A stretch of DNA of 64,000 bases. It comes from Candidatus Cloacimonadales bacterium. GTDB lineage: Bacteria > Cloacimonadota > Cloacimonadia > Cloacimonadales > JAIOQZ01. Within the stretch, counting starts at the first letter, position 1; each line of letters begins with the position of its first letter. A program made the translations under genes and the position numbers. The notes under the pieces were generated by a model. It was not told where the DNA came from, did no database searches, and saw only the letters and a program-made list of their open reading frames with translations. The stretch spans positions 2,272,001-2,336,000 of the forward strand of contig OY762463.1 in the NCBI GenBank assembly GCA_963665815.1. The letters run 5' to 3'. Shown one piece after another: positions 40,548 to 50,232 of the stretch.

Positions 40548-42446
40548 ATGAAAAACTACGTTTATGCCGGATTCTGGGACAGATTTATAATGGGACTGCT
40601 TGATCTTATTATAGTTCTCGGACTGATTTATGTTATTAAAACTCCGTTACATGTTAATTTCTTTTCCATATACTCGAAAGAACTGTCTCAGTTTTACACA
40701 GTCTGGTTTATCAGAGCAATACCGTTTCTGTATTATATTGGAAGCTGGAAGCTACTGGGTGGAACTCCTGCCAATATTGTAAGACAGGTCCGGATTCTGG
40801 ATTGCGCCACAGGTGAAAAGCCTTCCCTTGTAAAGCTGTTAATCCGATTCCCGGGAATGTTTGTATCAGCACCTCTTCTTTTTCTCGGGTACTTCCAAAT
40901 GTTGTGGGATTCCCGTAAACAGACCTGGCATGATAAGCTTGCCGGCTCGGTTGTAGTAAGGAACAAGACTCACAAGAAAGCTGAAATCAGTATTGATGAC
41001 ATTGATAGTATTGCTGCTGAAACAGGATTGCAATTCCCAATAGAACCGTCCGAAAGAGATGTTTCACTCTGGAAGTTTGGAAGATTCGTTACTGCGATCT
41101 CAGCCGTGCTGTTTGTAATGTTCTGTATCTACTGGTTCAGGGATGAACCGCTGTCTCCGGGAGCTAAGCAATGGCTGTCTGAGATAGATTATGAGATTGA
41201 TGACCCTTACAACAATGTGTATTACCATCTGGACGGCTTTCAAGCTCCTGAAGGAATGTTGCCCTATATATATTCTAGAGAGAATGCCGAAATAAACAAT
41301 AGAAATGTATTAAAATATCAACAAAATTTAGGTGTATCAAAAGCTGATGAGATTCCGTTTGAGGAAGAACTAAATAATGAGTACTTTCCAGTGAATGATT
41401 TTAAGAAGCTTGCATTAAATCTCAAAGATCCTGATTCACTTTTTTTATACTGCACTCAAAGAAAATCAGATATACTAGCCCTTAAGCAGAAGTATTCATT
41501 TCTTGATGAGCGTTACAAGAAAATTGAAGAGCTTGCCACATCTGGTACATTCAGAAACCCGTTTATACCATCACCTATTACGAAATTGCCTATTTTCATG
41601 CATTATGTTTCTTATCTACGTATGCAAAACCATTTTAATTCTCTTGATTATATTGAGGGATCAAGAAAAGACGCTGTGAAAAATCTACTTAGGAACTTAT
41701 CTACAAATATTACATTAACAGAACAAGCACCGGACTTAATATCAAAGCTGGCTTTGTCTATAGCGGTCAGAGATCATATAATAACTCTCTGCCACTTATT
41801 GGACTACAATTCCAGTGATTCATGTATACATACTGAAATCGACAAAATGAACTATTTAAGCAGTGACTTCACTGATATGACCAAAGTGTTTAAGTCTCAA
41901 TTTTATGAGCAAATTGCTACTTTACTTACTACATACACATCTGTAAGAAAGCTCTACTCAAGAATACCATTTGAAATTACAGAGGAAGACATTAATTATG
42001 GCTATCTTCTCTCTCATCGACCTGGAGAAACTATAAATCAAGAATACAAGATGCTTGCAAGCTTAGCTGAGTTTTCCAAACTACCCGGTGATGAGTTTGT
42101 TCATAAGATTAACAGAGATTTCATTCCTCAAAGGAAAACTATCGATGCTCTTAGAAACTTGCCTCTGTATATTATTACAATTGCCGTTCCAGACTGGAAT
42201 GAATACACAGTGAAACTGCATGATATCAATGGCACAATTACTCTGACAAAACTCAAATCTCTTATCTATCAAAACAACATTAAGAAAAGCAGTTTAGATG
42301 TTTTCCTTGAGGAAAATAAAGAAAAGCTGCATAATCCATTCAGTGATGAAGCGATTCAATTCAATGCAGAAACGAATGAGATTTACTATACCGGACCTTA
42401 TCAGGAAGACCATAAAGATTACAGGAGTGTTAAACTCACATTTTAG
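40548..42446 (+). CDS. RDD-fusion protein, paralog 4
   Basis: YAGFWDRF...D, ILD..TGEKP, WDSRKQTWHDKLAGSVVV. Confidence 0.82.
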   Translation: MKNYVYAGFWDRFIMGLLDLIIVLGLIYVIKTPLHVNFFSIYSKELSQFYTVWFIRAIPFLYYIGSWKLLGGTPANIVRQVRILDCATGEKPSLVKLLIRFPGMFVSAPLLFLGYFQMLWDSRKQTWHDKLAGSVVVRNKTHKKAEISIDDIDSIAAETGLQFPIEPSERDVSLWKFGRFVTAISAVLFVMFCIYWFRDEPLSPGAKQWLSEIDYEIDDPYNNVYYHLDGFQAPEGMLPYIYSRENAEINNRNVLKYQQNLGVSKADEIPFEEELNNEYFPVNDFKKLALNLKDPDSLFLYCTQRKSDILALKQKYSFLDERYKKIEELATSGTFRNPFIPSPITKLPIFMHYVSYLRMQNHFNSLDYIEGSRKDAVKNLLRNLSTNITLTEQAPDLISKLALSIAVRDHIITLCHLLDYNSSDSCIHTEIDKMNYLSSDFTDMTKVFKSQFYEQIATLLTTYTSVRKLYSRIPFEITEEDINYGYLLSHRPGETINQEYKMLASLAEFSKLPGDEFVHKINRDFIPQRKTIDALRNLPLYIITIAVPDWNEYTVKLHDINGTITLTKLKSLIYQNNIKKSSLDVFLEENKEKLHNPFSDEAIQFNAETNEIYYTGPYQEDHKDYRSVKLTF

Positions 42447-42491
42447 TTGCATACAGATGATTAGAATCAACTATCAGTTTGACAGGCTCTT

Positions 42492-42516
42492 GTAGAGGCA
42501 CAACATCTTGTGTCTC
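42492..42516 (+). repeat. GTAG-type REP-like palindrome
   Basis: GTAG followed by aggcacaa-catc-ttgtgtct. Confidence 0.5.
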
Positions 42517-42796
42517 AGAATAAGTGGTACGCATGCATCTGTCTTCGTTGTAAATACACCAGACAAATCCTTGTCTGCAAATACAGCTTCAACAAAAAAA
42601 TGCTCGAACGGCGTTGTAAGATAATTATATTAAAATTGATAGAGTTAGATAATGCGAGCAGGGATGCTTCACATCGTTCACATTGAGACAACCGGTCGTA
42701 TTTCTCTATGCGCTAAGGTCTACCTGCATTAATTTGTTTGGCAATCATCAATATTTATCATATTTTATTATATATAATAATCTTATGGAGACGTAA

Positions 42797-43456
42797 ATGA
42801 ACAATCATAAATTAGAATTCAGATATAATGATAAGATTAAAGCAATTATTAAGGATGAAGAAGGTATAAATGATGCAGACAAGATAACTAAGATTATCCT
42901 GAAATATAATCTGCTTAAGGATTTTCAGCAAAGTATTGAATCCGAGACAAGAAAACTTTCTCGAAAAATAAAAGACCTTTCCAGACAAGCATTTACTGAC
43001 CCCAACATTAACATGCACAATAAAAATTTTCTGGATCATAAACTTGATGTGCTTATTAATGATCTAGATAACGACGGACCTTTATTTAGTATCGTAATCT
43101 TTGATGTTTCTGAAGTTTACAACAACCTTGATTCAGATGATTTTAAGTTTATGAACAAGAATATCTCAACAAATCTTTCCATGCAGACAAGAGACATAGA
43201 TATCATAAGTACAATGGACGAAACTCATTTTGCTTTAATCACATTTACAATAGAAGAAAACTCGCTTACAGGCTATGCAGACAGGTGCAAGAATGTTATA
43301 GCAACTACTATTACAGATTTTACGGACACTGAAGGTGGTGTTAAGGAAAATATCTTTTACGGTTATTCCATCTCCAGATACTCAGATACTACCACCTCAC
43401 TTCTGGACAGAGTAATTAACGAAACCCGGAAGGAAAAAGTAAAGGCAAAAGTTTAA
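42797..43456 (+). CDS. Degenerate GGDEF-like domain protein
   Basis: Coiled coil then AFTDP...HNK, FSIVIFDV, TRDIDIISTMDETHFALI in place of R.GGDEF. Confidence 0.65.
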   Translation: MNNHKLEFRYNDKIKAIIKDEEGINDADKITKIILKYNLLKDFQQSIESETRKLSRKIKDLSRQAFTDPNINMHNKNFLDHKLDVLINDLDNDGPLFSIVIFDVSEVYNNLDSDDFKFMNKNISTNLSMQTRDIDIISTMDETHFALITFTIEENSLTGYADRCKNVIATTITDFTDTEGGVKENIFYGYSISRYSDTTTSLLDRVINETRKEKVKAKV

Positions 43457-43624
43457 CTCTCTGAAGTTTAGACCTTGGATTCACTGTAGTTACACATTTA
43501 TTCCATATTGCATTAACTGGTTATTTTATTGTTGAACTTTATCTTATCATGCCTCTTTGATTAACTCTTAAATTTCTGAACAATTTTCGTCAAATTTCAC
43601 TGGACATAATTCTCATATAGATTA

Positions 43625-43778
43625 AGAGCTTTGCATAATAGCAAAATCGAAAAGCTTCGGTGAAAGAAATTCGATGAGATTTAAGAATTCATCAAAAAAA
43701 CATTCAGAGGAGTTCGTTTTGAGCTGGAATCTGATGAATACTGAAATCGAGTCAACTACTCCTGTTAAGTAAAGCTCT
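43625..43778. repeat. Palindromic MITE-like element
   Basis: 17-bp imperfect terminal IR and 17-bp internal IR. Confidence 0.5.
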
Positions 43779-43899
43779 CAGATTACTTTTCTGCTATATT
43801 AGTTTTATGTAATTACTGAAAAATCGGATAAGTTTTATTGAAGTAAAAGCAGAGTTACTACAGACTGAAAGATTCATATAATCGTAAGGTGTTATTTTT

Positions 43900-45057
43900 A
43901 TGAAAAAGAAAATTATCTATATTGTGTTGGTTATTGTTACTGCTTTTTTTGCATATCGTGTCTACAATCTTGTAAAAGACAAATATTTTGCATCTACTGG
44001 TAACAACAGAAGAAATCAGGCTACAGCAGTCTATGCAGAAAATATCCCATTAGGCAGTATATCTGACATTATTGAGCTCAATGGAGACCTTAAAGCGTTA
44101 TATTCATACAAGCTGAAAGCTGAAGTATCAGGTACCCTGAATAAAATCAACTGTGAACTCGGTGATCAGATTGATGAAGCGAAAACAGCTGCTTTTATTG
44201 ATGACCACGAGTATATACTCAGGAGCAGAGAAGCAGAAGCTCAACTGAATGTTAAACAGGCAAAATATAATCAGCAGAACAGTAAAAAGAAAAATGCCGA
44301 AGCTGATTTTCAAAGAGCCCAGTCCCTGCATTCCCAAAGTTTCATATCCGACTCGGAATTCGAAGAAGCAGAATATGACTACAACACTTTTATTGCAGAC
44401 TATCATACAGCCGGAGCTGAATTAGCTGCCGCTCAGGCACAGTTCGATCTGGCTCAGACAGATTTGCACAAAACCAAACTCAGAGTTAATAAAAAGGGTA
44501 TCGTTGCAGAAAAGTTCTATGATATTGGCAGCTACATCAGTGCCGGAAGTTCTGTATTCACAATTGTAAACATCGACACTATTATTGTCAGGACATCCAT
44601 CTCAGAAAAAGATTATCCGAAAGTGAACCGGGGTCAGTCTGTGGAAATCCATATTGATGCTATGCCGCAGAGAAAATTTACCGGCTATATCTCAGCTATT
44701 GCACCGGTACTTAACACCGAAACCAGAATGGCAAATCTGGAAATTAAAATAGAAAACAAAGACAAATCCCTGAAACCGGGTATGTACTGTACAATCAGAA
44801 TTTATGCTGAAGAAAAATCAAATGTTCCACTAATACCTAATAATGTAATTGTGAAAGTTAATGATGTATCCGGAGTATATTCTGTTGATGAAAAGGAGAT
44901 GAAAGCAATATTCGTACCTGTAAAACTTGGTATTATCTCAGAAAAATACTCAGAATTGCTCTCACCTGTTATAAATAACAAAATCATTACATTCGGACAG
45001 TTCCAGATCAAGAAAGGTTCATCTGTTAAGATCACAAATGAGAATGGTGGTAAATAA
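43900..45057 (+). CDS. RND efflux membrane fusion protein
   Basis: N-terminal TM, AEVSG.L..I..ELGD, helical hairpin, P.L..ETR, LKPGM. Confidence 0.92.
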   Translation: MKKKIIYIVLVIVTAFFAYRVYNLVKDKYFASTGNNRRNQATAVYAENIPLGSISDIIELNGDLKALYSYKLKAEVSGTLNKINCELGDQIDEAKTAAFIDDHEYILRSREAEAQLNVKQAKYNQQNSKKKNAEADFQRAQSLHSQSFISDSEFEEAEYDYNTFIADYHTAGAELAAAQAQFDLAQTDLHKTKLRVNKKGIVAEKFYDIGSYISAGSSVFTIVNIDTIIVRTSISEKDYPKVNRGQSVEIHIDAMPQRKFTGYISAIAPVLNTETRMANLEIKIENKDKSLKPGMYCTIRIYAEEKSNVPLIPNNVIVKVNDVSGVYSVDEKEMKAIFVPVKLGIISEKYSELLSPVINNKIITFGQFQIKKGSSVKITNENGGK

Positions 45058-45059
45058 GA

Positions 45060-48000
45060 ATGAGTATTGCAAGAGGTCCCGTTGAACGCCCGGTGCTGAC
45101 ATTTATCATATTTCTGATAATTGTTATACTCGGTATAATATCATTCTTTCGTTTACCTATAGATCTTATGCCGGAGATTACATATCCGACAATCTCAGTG
45201 GCAACAAGCTATCCGAATGTTGGTCCTCAGGAAATTGAGGAACAGATAACGCGAATAGTCGAAGAAGCAATTGCTGCTGTTCAAGGGGTTAAAGAAATTA
45301 CTTCTACATCCACAGAAGGAAGCAGTTCCGTGAGAATATCTTTCGAGTGGGGTACAAATCTGGATATTGCAGCGAATGATGTAAGAGACCGCATTGACAG
45401 AATTCTCTCCAGACTACCCGATGATGTAGACCGTCCTTCTATCCGCAAGTTCGACCTCTCTGCATTCCCTGTTCTGATTCTCGGAGTTTCCGCAGAAATG
45501 GATCCACTTGTTCTGAAGCAGACAATAGAAGATCAGATTAAGTACAGACTGGAAAGAATAAACGGAGTAGCGTCTATTGATATCAGAGGTGGGTGGAACA
45601 GAGAAATCAGTGTGCGGCTTTCATCTGAAAAAATGCAGGCATACGGGATATCAATTACAGAGATTCAGAATGCGATTGCCAGGGATAATGAAAATACTCC
45701 TGTCGGACTGGTTACCAATGGTGGAAGAGATTTACTGGTCAGGACAATGGGACAGTTTACTTCATTAAATGAATTGAAAAACGTTGTCGTCAGGAATGTT
45801 GATCAGCAATCCGTAAAGCTCTCAGATATTTGTGAAATTGAGGATACTCACGAGGAAATAACACAGATACACAGAATCGACAATAAACCTGGTTTAAGAA
45901 TATCCATAAGTAAGCAGTCCGGAGCTAACACTGTAGATGTTGTGAAAACAATCAAACATGAGCTGAAAAAAATAGCTCAGGATTATCCTCAGATACAGCT
46001 TGTACCGATAATCGATTCATCAAAATATATCAAGCAATCTATCAACAATGTCGGTGTATCCGTATTTGTGGGAGGTCTGCTTGCCATAGTCATTCTTTTC
46101 CTTTTTCTCGGGAACATCTCCAGCACGGGGATTATTGCAACTGCGATTCCGGTCTCTGTTTTAGCTACATTCGGACTTCTCTACTTCTCTGGTCTCACTC
46201 TCAACATCATGACATTTGGAGGTCTTGCTCTTGGAATAGGGATGCTTGTAGACAGCTCTATTGTTGTTCTGGAGAACATTTCCCGGCACAAGGAGAAAGG
46301 AAGTTCGGTAATTAAAAGTACCTTGCAGGGAACCTCTGAGGTCTGGTCTGCCATTCTTGCCAGTGTTCTGACAACTATCGTAGTATTCCTGCCTGTTATA
46401 TTCATAAAAGGTATGTCCGGTGTCATGTTCCAGCAGATGGCTATAGTGGTGAGTTTCTCGCTTCTGTGTTCACTTGTTGTCTCATTGACTCTTATTCCGA
46501 TGCTCAGTTCAAGGTTCATGTCTGAAAAAAGTGCAGATGCTAATAAAGCAGGTACTCTTCCTGCAGTAAAATTCGTTTCATCCCTGTTGAAAAAAGCAGA
46601 AGACTACTATCTGAAAATCCTGAGATTCTCACTTCTTAACCGTAAATATATTCTGATAATTTGCGGACTGTTGTTTGCTGTTTCTCTGTTTATGATTACA
46701 CTGATTGGTGTGGAGCTCATGCCGGAAACAGATGAAGGTGAGGTTCGGGTTGACCTCGAAATGGCTATTGGGACAGAACTGGAAGATATTGACGCCATGA
46801 CAACCAGAGCAGAAAAAATCGTCAGTGATAACGTACCTGAGCTTGTTTCGATGATAACCAGAATAGGAAGTGGAGGGTGGAGAGCTCGTGGAGGACACAC
46901 TTCTCAGATCAGGATATCTTTACCTGAGAGAAACAATAGGAAACGCAGCAGCAAGGAAATAGCTAATGACTTAAGAAAGAAGCTCAGCAGTCTTGTTGGA
47001 GTTAAAATCCGAACCAGAGCAGCCGGTGGTTTATTCATTATGCGCATGGGAACATCTTCTGATGATAATCTCAGCGTTGAAGTACGTGGCTATAACCTTA
47101 AAATTGCTAATGATCTTGCCAAAAAAATAGATGAAGCTGTCCAACAGGTTACGGGAATTACAGATACAAGAATCAGCCGGGAAGAAGGGAATCCTGAACT
47201 GGTTTTGCATATAGACAGAGAAAAAGCTGCTGACTCCGGTCTCAGTATAAGTGATGTGACTGATGCTCTGCAAACTCTAATAAGCGGATCAAACGTTTCA
47301 TACTACCGTGAATCAGGAAAGCAATTCCCTATATTTGTTCGTCTGAAAGAAGAAGACAGAACATCTATGAAAGACATCCTGAATTTGTCACTGCAGAACA
47401 GGAATGGAGACTATGTTATTCTGAGTAATATAATATCTACAGAAACTTCAGAAGGTCCGATCAGGATCGAGAGGAAAAACCAGGAGAGAATCATAAATAT
47501 CACAGCCAACTTTATTGGTCGCGATATGGGATCAGTTATAAAAGACGTGCGCAAGGCTATTAAGGACATACCTGTGCACAAAGATTTCTCTATTCTTTTT
47601 GGTGGAGATTACGAAGAACAACAGAAGTCTTTCAGGGAGTTGATGTTTGCCTTTGCGTTGGCGATTGTGCTCGTATTTCTCGTTATGGCAGGTCAATTCG
47701 AGTCGTTCCTCGATCCCTTTGTAATCCTGTTTTCAGTACCAATGGCGCTGATCGGGGTTGTGATAACTATGATCTTCACGAATACAGTATTCAGTATGCA
47801 GGCATTGATAGGCTGCATTATGCTGGCAGGAATTGTGGTAAATAATGCTATTTTACTCGTGGACTATACGAACAGACTGCGCAGAGAAAGTGGTCTATCC
47901 CTGCAAAGCGCTATTGAAACAGCAGGACTGGGAAGGCTGAGACCTATCCTGATGACAACTCTGACGACAATCCTCGGGCTGCTGCCAATGTCTTTTGGTA

Positions 48001-48143
48001 TTGGAGATGGCGGCGAAGCTCAGGCTCCTATGGGAAGAGTTGTTATTGGTGGACTTATCAGTTCAACACTTATTACTCTGGTTCTGGTTCCGGTAATCTA
48101 CAGTATATTTGAACAAAGACTAAAGAAGGAAAATTCTACGTAA
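45060..48143 (+). CDS. RND efflux permease (AcrB/MdtB-like)
   Basis: LPIDLMPEITYP, GMLVDSSIVVLENI, GIVVNNAILLVD, RLRPILMT. Confidence 0.95.
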   Translation: MSIARGPVERPVLTFIIFLIIVILGIISFFRLPIDLMPEITYPTISVATSYPNVGPQEIEEQITRIVEEAIAAVQGVKEITSTSTEGSSSVRISFEWGTNLDIAANDVRDRIDRILSRLPDDVDRPSIRKFDLSAFPVLILGVSAEMDPLVLKQTIEDQIKYRLERINGVASIDIRGGWNREISVRLSSEKMQAYGISITEIQNAIARDNENTPVGLVTNGGRDLLVRTMGQFTSLNELKNVVVRNVDQQSVKLSDICEIEDTHEEITQIHRIDNKPGLRISISKQSGANTVDVVKTIKHELKKIAQDYPQIQLVPIIDSSKYIKQSINNVGVSVFVGGLLAIVILFLFLGNISSTGIIATAIPVSVLATFGLLYFSGLTLNIMTFGGLALGIGMLVDSSIVVLENISRHKEKGSSVIKSTLQGTSEVWSAILASVLTTIVVFLPVIFIKGMSGVMFQQMAIVVSFSLLCSLVVSLTLIPMLSSRFMSEKSADANKAGTLPAVKFVSSLLKKAEDYYLKILRFSLLNRKYILIICGLLFAVSLFMITLIGVELMPETDEGEVRVDLEMAIGTELEDIDAMTTRAEKIVSDNVPELVSMITRIGSGGWRARGGHTSQIRISLPERNNRKRSSKEIANDLRKKLSSLVGVKIRTRAAGGLFIMRMGTSSDDNLSVEVRGYNLKIANDLAKKIDEAVQQVTGITDTRISREEGNPELVLHIDREKAADSGLSISDVTDALQTLISGSNVSYYRESGKQFPIFVRLKEEDRTSMKDILNLSLQNRNGDYVILSNIISTETSEGPIRIERKNQERIINITANFIGRDMGSVIKDVRKAIKDIPVHKDFSILFGGDYEEQQKSFRELMFAFALAIVLVFLVMAGQFESFLDPFVILFSVPMALIGVVITMIFTNTVFSMQALIGCIMLAGIVVNNAILLVDYTNRLRRESGLSLQSAIETAGLGRLRPILMTTLTTILGLLPMSFGIGDGGEAQAPMGRVVIGGLISSTLITLVLVPVIYSIFEQRLKKENST

Positions 48144-48891
48144 GCACTACATCTATCCCGATAAGAATAATGACGGCAAATACTATCAGGAAAAGGCATA
48201 AAGTATATGTCAGCAGGATTTTCAGTATCCTCAGGATGATATTTCCCGAATTGAAAAACTGAGCATAAGCAAAAAGCGAATACAGCAGTGAAAGCAACAT
48301 AGGTAAAAACTGTAGCCAGATGTTTTCAGGCTCTTCGGCTGCATATATTATAGTGAACAATACGAAAATAAAGATCTGCTGTGCTATAGCGTATATATTG
48401 AATACCAGATGTTCAAAGTAGTTATAACCTGATTTGAAAAAGACCATTCTGGATGATAAAGCCAATATTGGGCTTACCAGTAATGCAGAATAAGCAAAGT
48501 TTTTCCCGAACCAGCTCAAAATCCTGAAACTGCTGCTAAGAGCATTACCGTCATGCTGCAATCCGCCGATTATTCCGCTTAATGCATCCCCGAAAATCGT
48601 TCTTCGCCCGATTATAAGTGATAGAATGACATAAATTGCTGATGCCAGAAACAGGTATGTGACAGGTTTAGTATATTTAATCCTCTTTCCCATGAGGTAG
48701 TTTCTTACGGCAGCACCGGGACGATAACACATTTCCCTGAATGTAAACGGGAATCCTCGATTAATCTGCAAAGCTGTTGATGAGAAATCCGACAGAAAAT
48801 GCCTGAAACTGATTCTGCTGATTTTTTTTGACTGACCGCAATTATTACAGAAATTACCTTCGAACTCGTTGTTACAATTCTTACAAACCAT
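48136..48891 (-). CDS. DUF3667-like zinc-ribbon membrane protein
   Basis: CKNC...GNFCNNCGQ, RPG...Y..GKR..Y..P, YNYFEHL. Confidence 0.78.
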   Translation of the reverse strand: MVCKNCNNEFEGNFCNNCGQSKKISRISFRHFLSDFSSTALQINRGFPFTFREMCYRPGAAVRNYLMGKRIKYTKPVTYLFLASAIYVILSLIIGRRTIFGDALSGIIGGLQHDGNALSSSFRILSWFGKNFAYSALLVSPILALSSRMVFFKSGYNYFEHLVFNIYAIAQQIFIFVLFTIIYAAEEPENIWLQFLPMLLSLLYSLFAYAQFFNSGNIILRILKILLTYTLCLFLIVFAVIILIGIDVVLT

Positions 48892-49052
48892 GTTATCCTT
48901 ACCTGTATTTAATACCAGTCTTGATATATGAAACAGCTCAAAGATTGTCAACAAGATTTAGTTTGGTATCTACCTCCTTCATTTACTGTGTGTGAAAACG
49001 CAAGTTATCTTAAAGTTAATGGTAATTTTTGTCGTTTCTTTGTTCAAAGCAT

Positions 49053-49132
49053 ATCCCCTTCGACTCCGCTCAGGGAGCTTTTAAGTCATAGCATATCTAT
49101 CAGTTAAGTTGGTTGGGCGGAGTCGAAGGGAT
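49053..49132. repeat. REP-like inverted repeat pair
   Basis: cccttcgactccgctca / tgggcggagtcgaaggg, 16 of 17 complementary. Confidence 0.65.
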
Positions 49133-49204
49133 TAGTTTAAAATGATTAAAATGACAAAATTATGTTTTTACAAGCAATGTGAGCTTGGGCGATTGGAATA
49201 AAGA

Positions 49205-49232
49205 AAAGCCTGTCAGATTCCTCCGGCAGGCT
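49205..49232 (-). terminator. Rho-independent terminator
   Basis: aaaagcctgtc-agattcctccg-gcaggct; similar to hairpin at 50130. Confidence 0.55.
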
Positions 49233-49255
49233 CAGATATCGGTTGCATTTTTTGT

Positions 49256-49978
49256 TTAGTAAGGATATTGTGTGTATCCCGATTTTTCATAAAGCTTTTT
49301 CAGTTCACCACTCTTTATTAATTCTGCCATTCTTGTGTCCCAGATTTTAAGCAGTTCCTTACCGCGATCTGTTCCAACGAAAGCAACAAAAAGTTTCAGT
49401 TTAAGCAGTTCCTTAATTTCCACTTCACCCTTTAGTTCAGGGTTCTTATTAAGAGCATCTCCAATCTCAACAGAGGCATCAATAAGAACATCAAATCGGT
49501 TATTCTTGAGCATTTTCAAACCGCTGACACGATTATCAATCTCTTGAAATTCAGGTTTGAAATCGAAGTATTCATCATAGCCGTAGCCTCTCATCCAGGC
49601 GAGTCTCTTATCTTTAAGAGAGCTGATACCCTTCCAACCCGGGCATTTTCCCTTGATGAAGCAGGCGGAAACTTTATCTGTATCAAAATGATGTTCCGGG
49701 AACACAGCAAATTCTTCTTCATCTGCATAAGCTCCAACCCAGGCATCTTTCGATCCTGCTTCAACTTCATGGACTCCTCTTGCATAAGGAGCACTGCTGA
49801 TATTGACTTTGACTCCAGCCGGTTCAAATACAAGCTTAACCAGATCCCAGTAAAGACCTGTTCCGTCGGCGTTGGTTGCACCTTCCCATTCTTCACTTGT
49901 GATATTGATTTCAGTAACTTGAGCAAATAAGCTAACAACAGCAATAACTGCCAATAGCATGAAAACTGACTTTTTCAT
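49256..49978 (-). CDS. Periplasmic substrate-binding protein, family 3-like
   Basis: Signal peptide; DGTGLYWDL, PYARG, L.W.RGYGYD, KML..NRFD. Confidence 0.75.
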   Translation of the reverse strand: MKKSVFMLLAVIAVVSLFAQVTEINITSEEWEGATNADGTGLYWDLVKLVFEPAGVKVNISSAPYARGVHEVEAGSKDAWVGAYADEEEFAVFPEHHFDTDKVSACFIKGKCPGWKGISSLKDKRLAWMRGYGYDEYFDFKPEFQEIDNRVSGLKMLKNNRFDVLIDASVEIGDALNKNPELKGEVEIKELLKLKLFVAFVGTDRGKELLKIWDTRMAELIKSGELKKLYEKSGYTQYPY

Positions 49979-50129
49979 AATACTTCCTTCTATGTAGTAT
50001 GTTAAACTATAATGCTACATGTTAATATATTAGCAAGCAATTTCTGGCAGAACTTGAATTGAGTTACGCATTCCCGACATTAAAATGGCTAAAAATAAGG
50101 GACAAAAACTTGTACCCTGACTAAAATAC

Positions 50130-50160
50130 AAAAAGCCTGTCAGATTTCCCTGACAGGCTT
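50130..50160 (-). terminator. Rho-independent terminator after duplicated atpC 3' end
   Basis: aaaaagcctgtcag-atttcc-ctgacaggctt. Confidence 0.75.
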
Positions 50161-50214
50161 CTTAACAATTTATGAATTAATGTCAGATTGTTTCTACATT
50201 AATTGACATTCTGG
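50156..50214. repeat. 59-bp direct repeat of the atpC 3' end (att-like), left copy
   Basis: Identical to 58730-58788. Confidence 0.95.
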
Positions 50215-50232
50215 GGAGGCAAATATAAGGTA

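Noticed and set aside
34767-40577. 29-bp repeats as a CRISPR array
   Set aside because: Spacing is about 1.9 kb, repeats are gene starts, and no cas genes are present.
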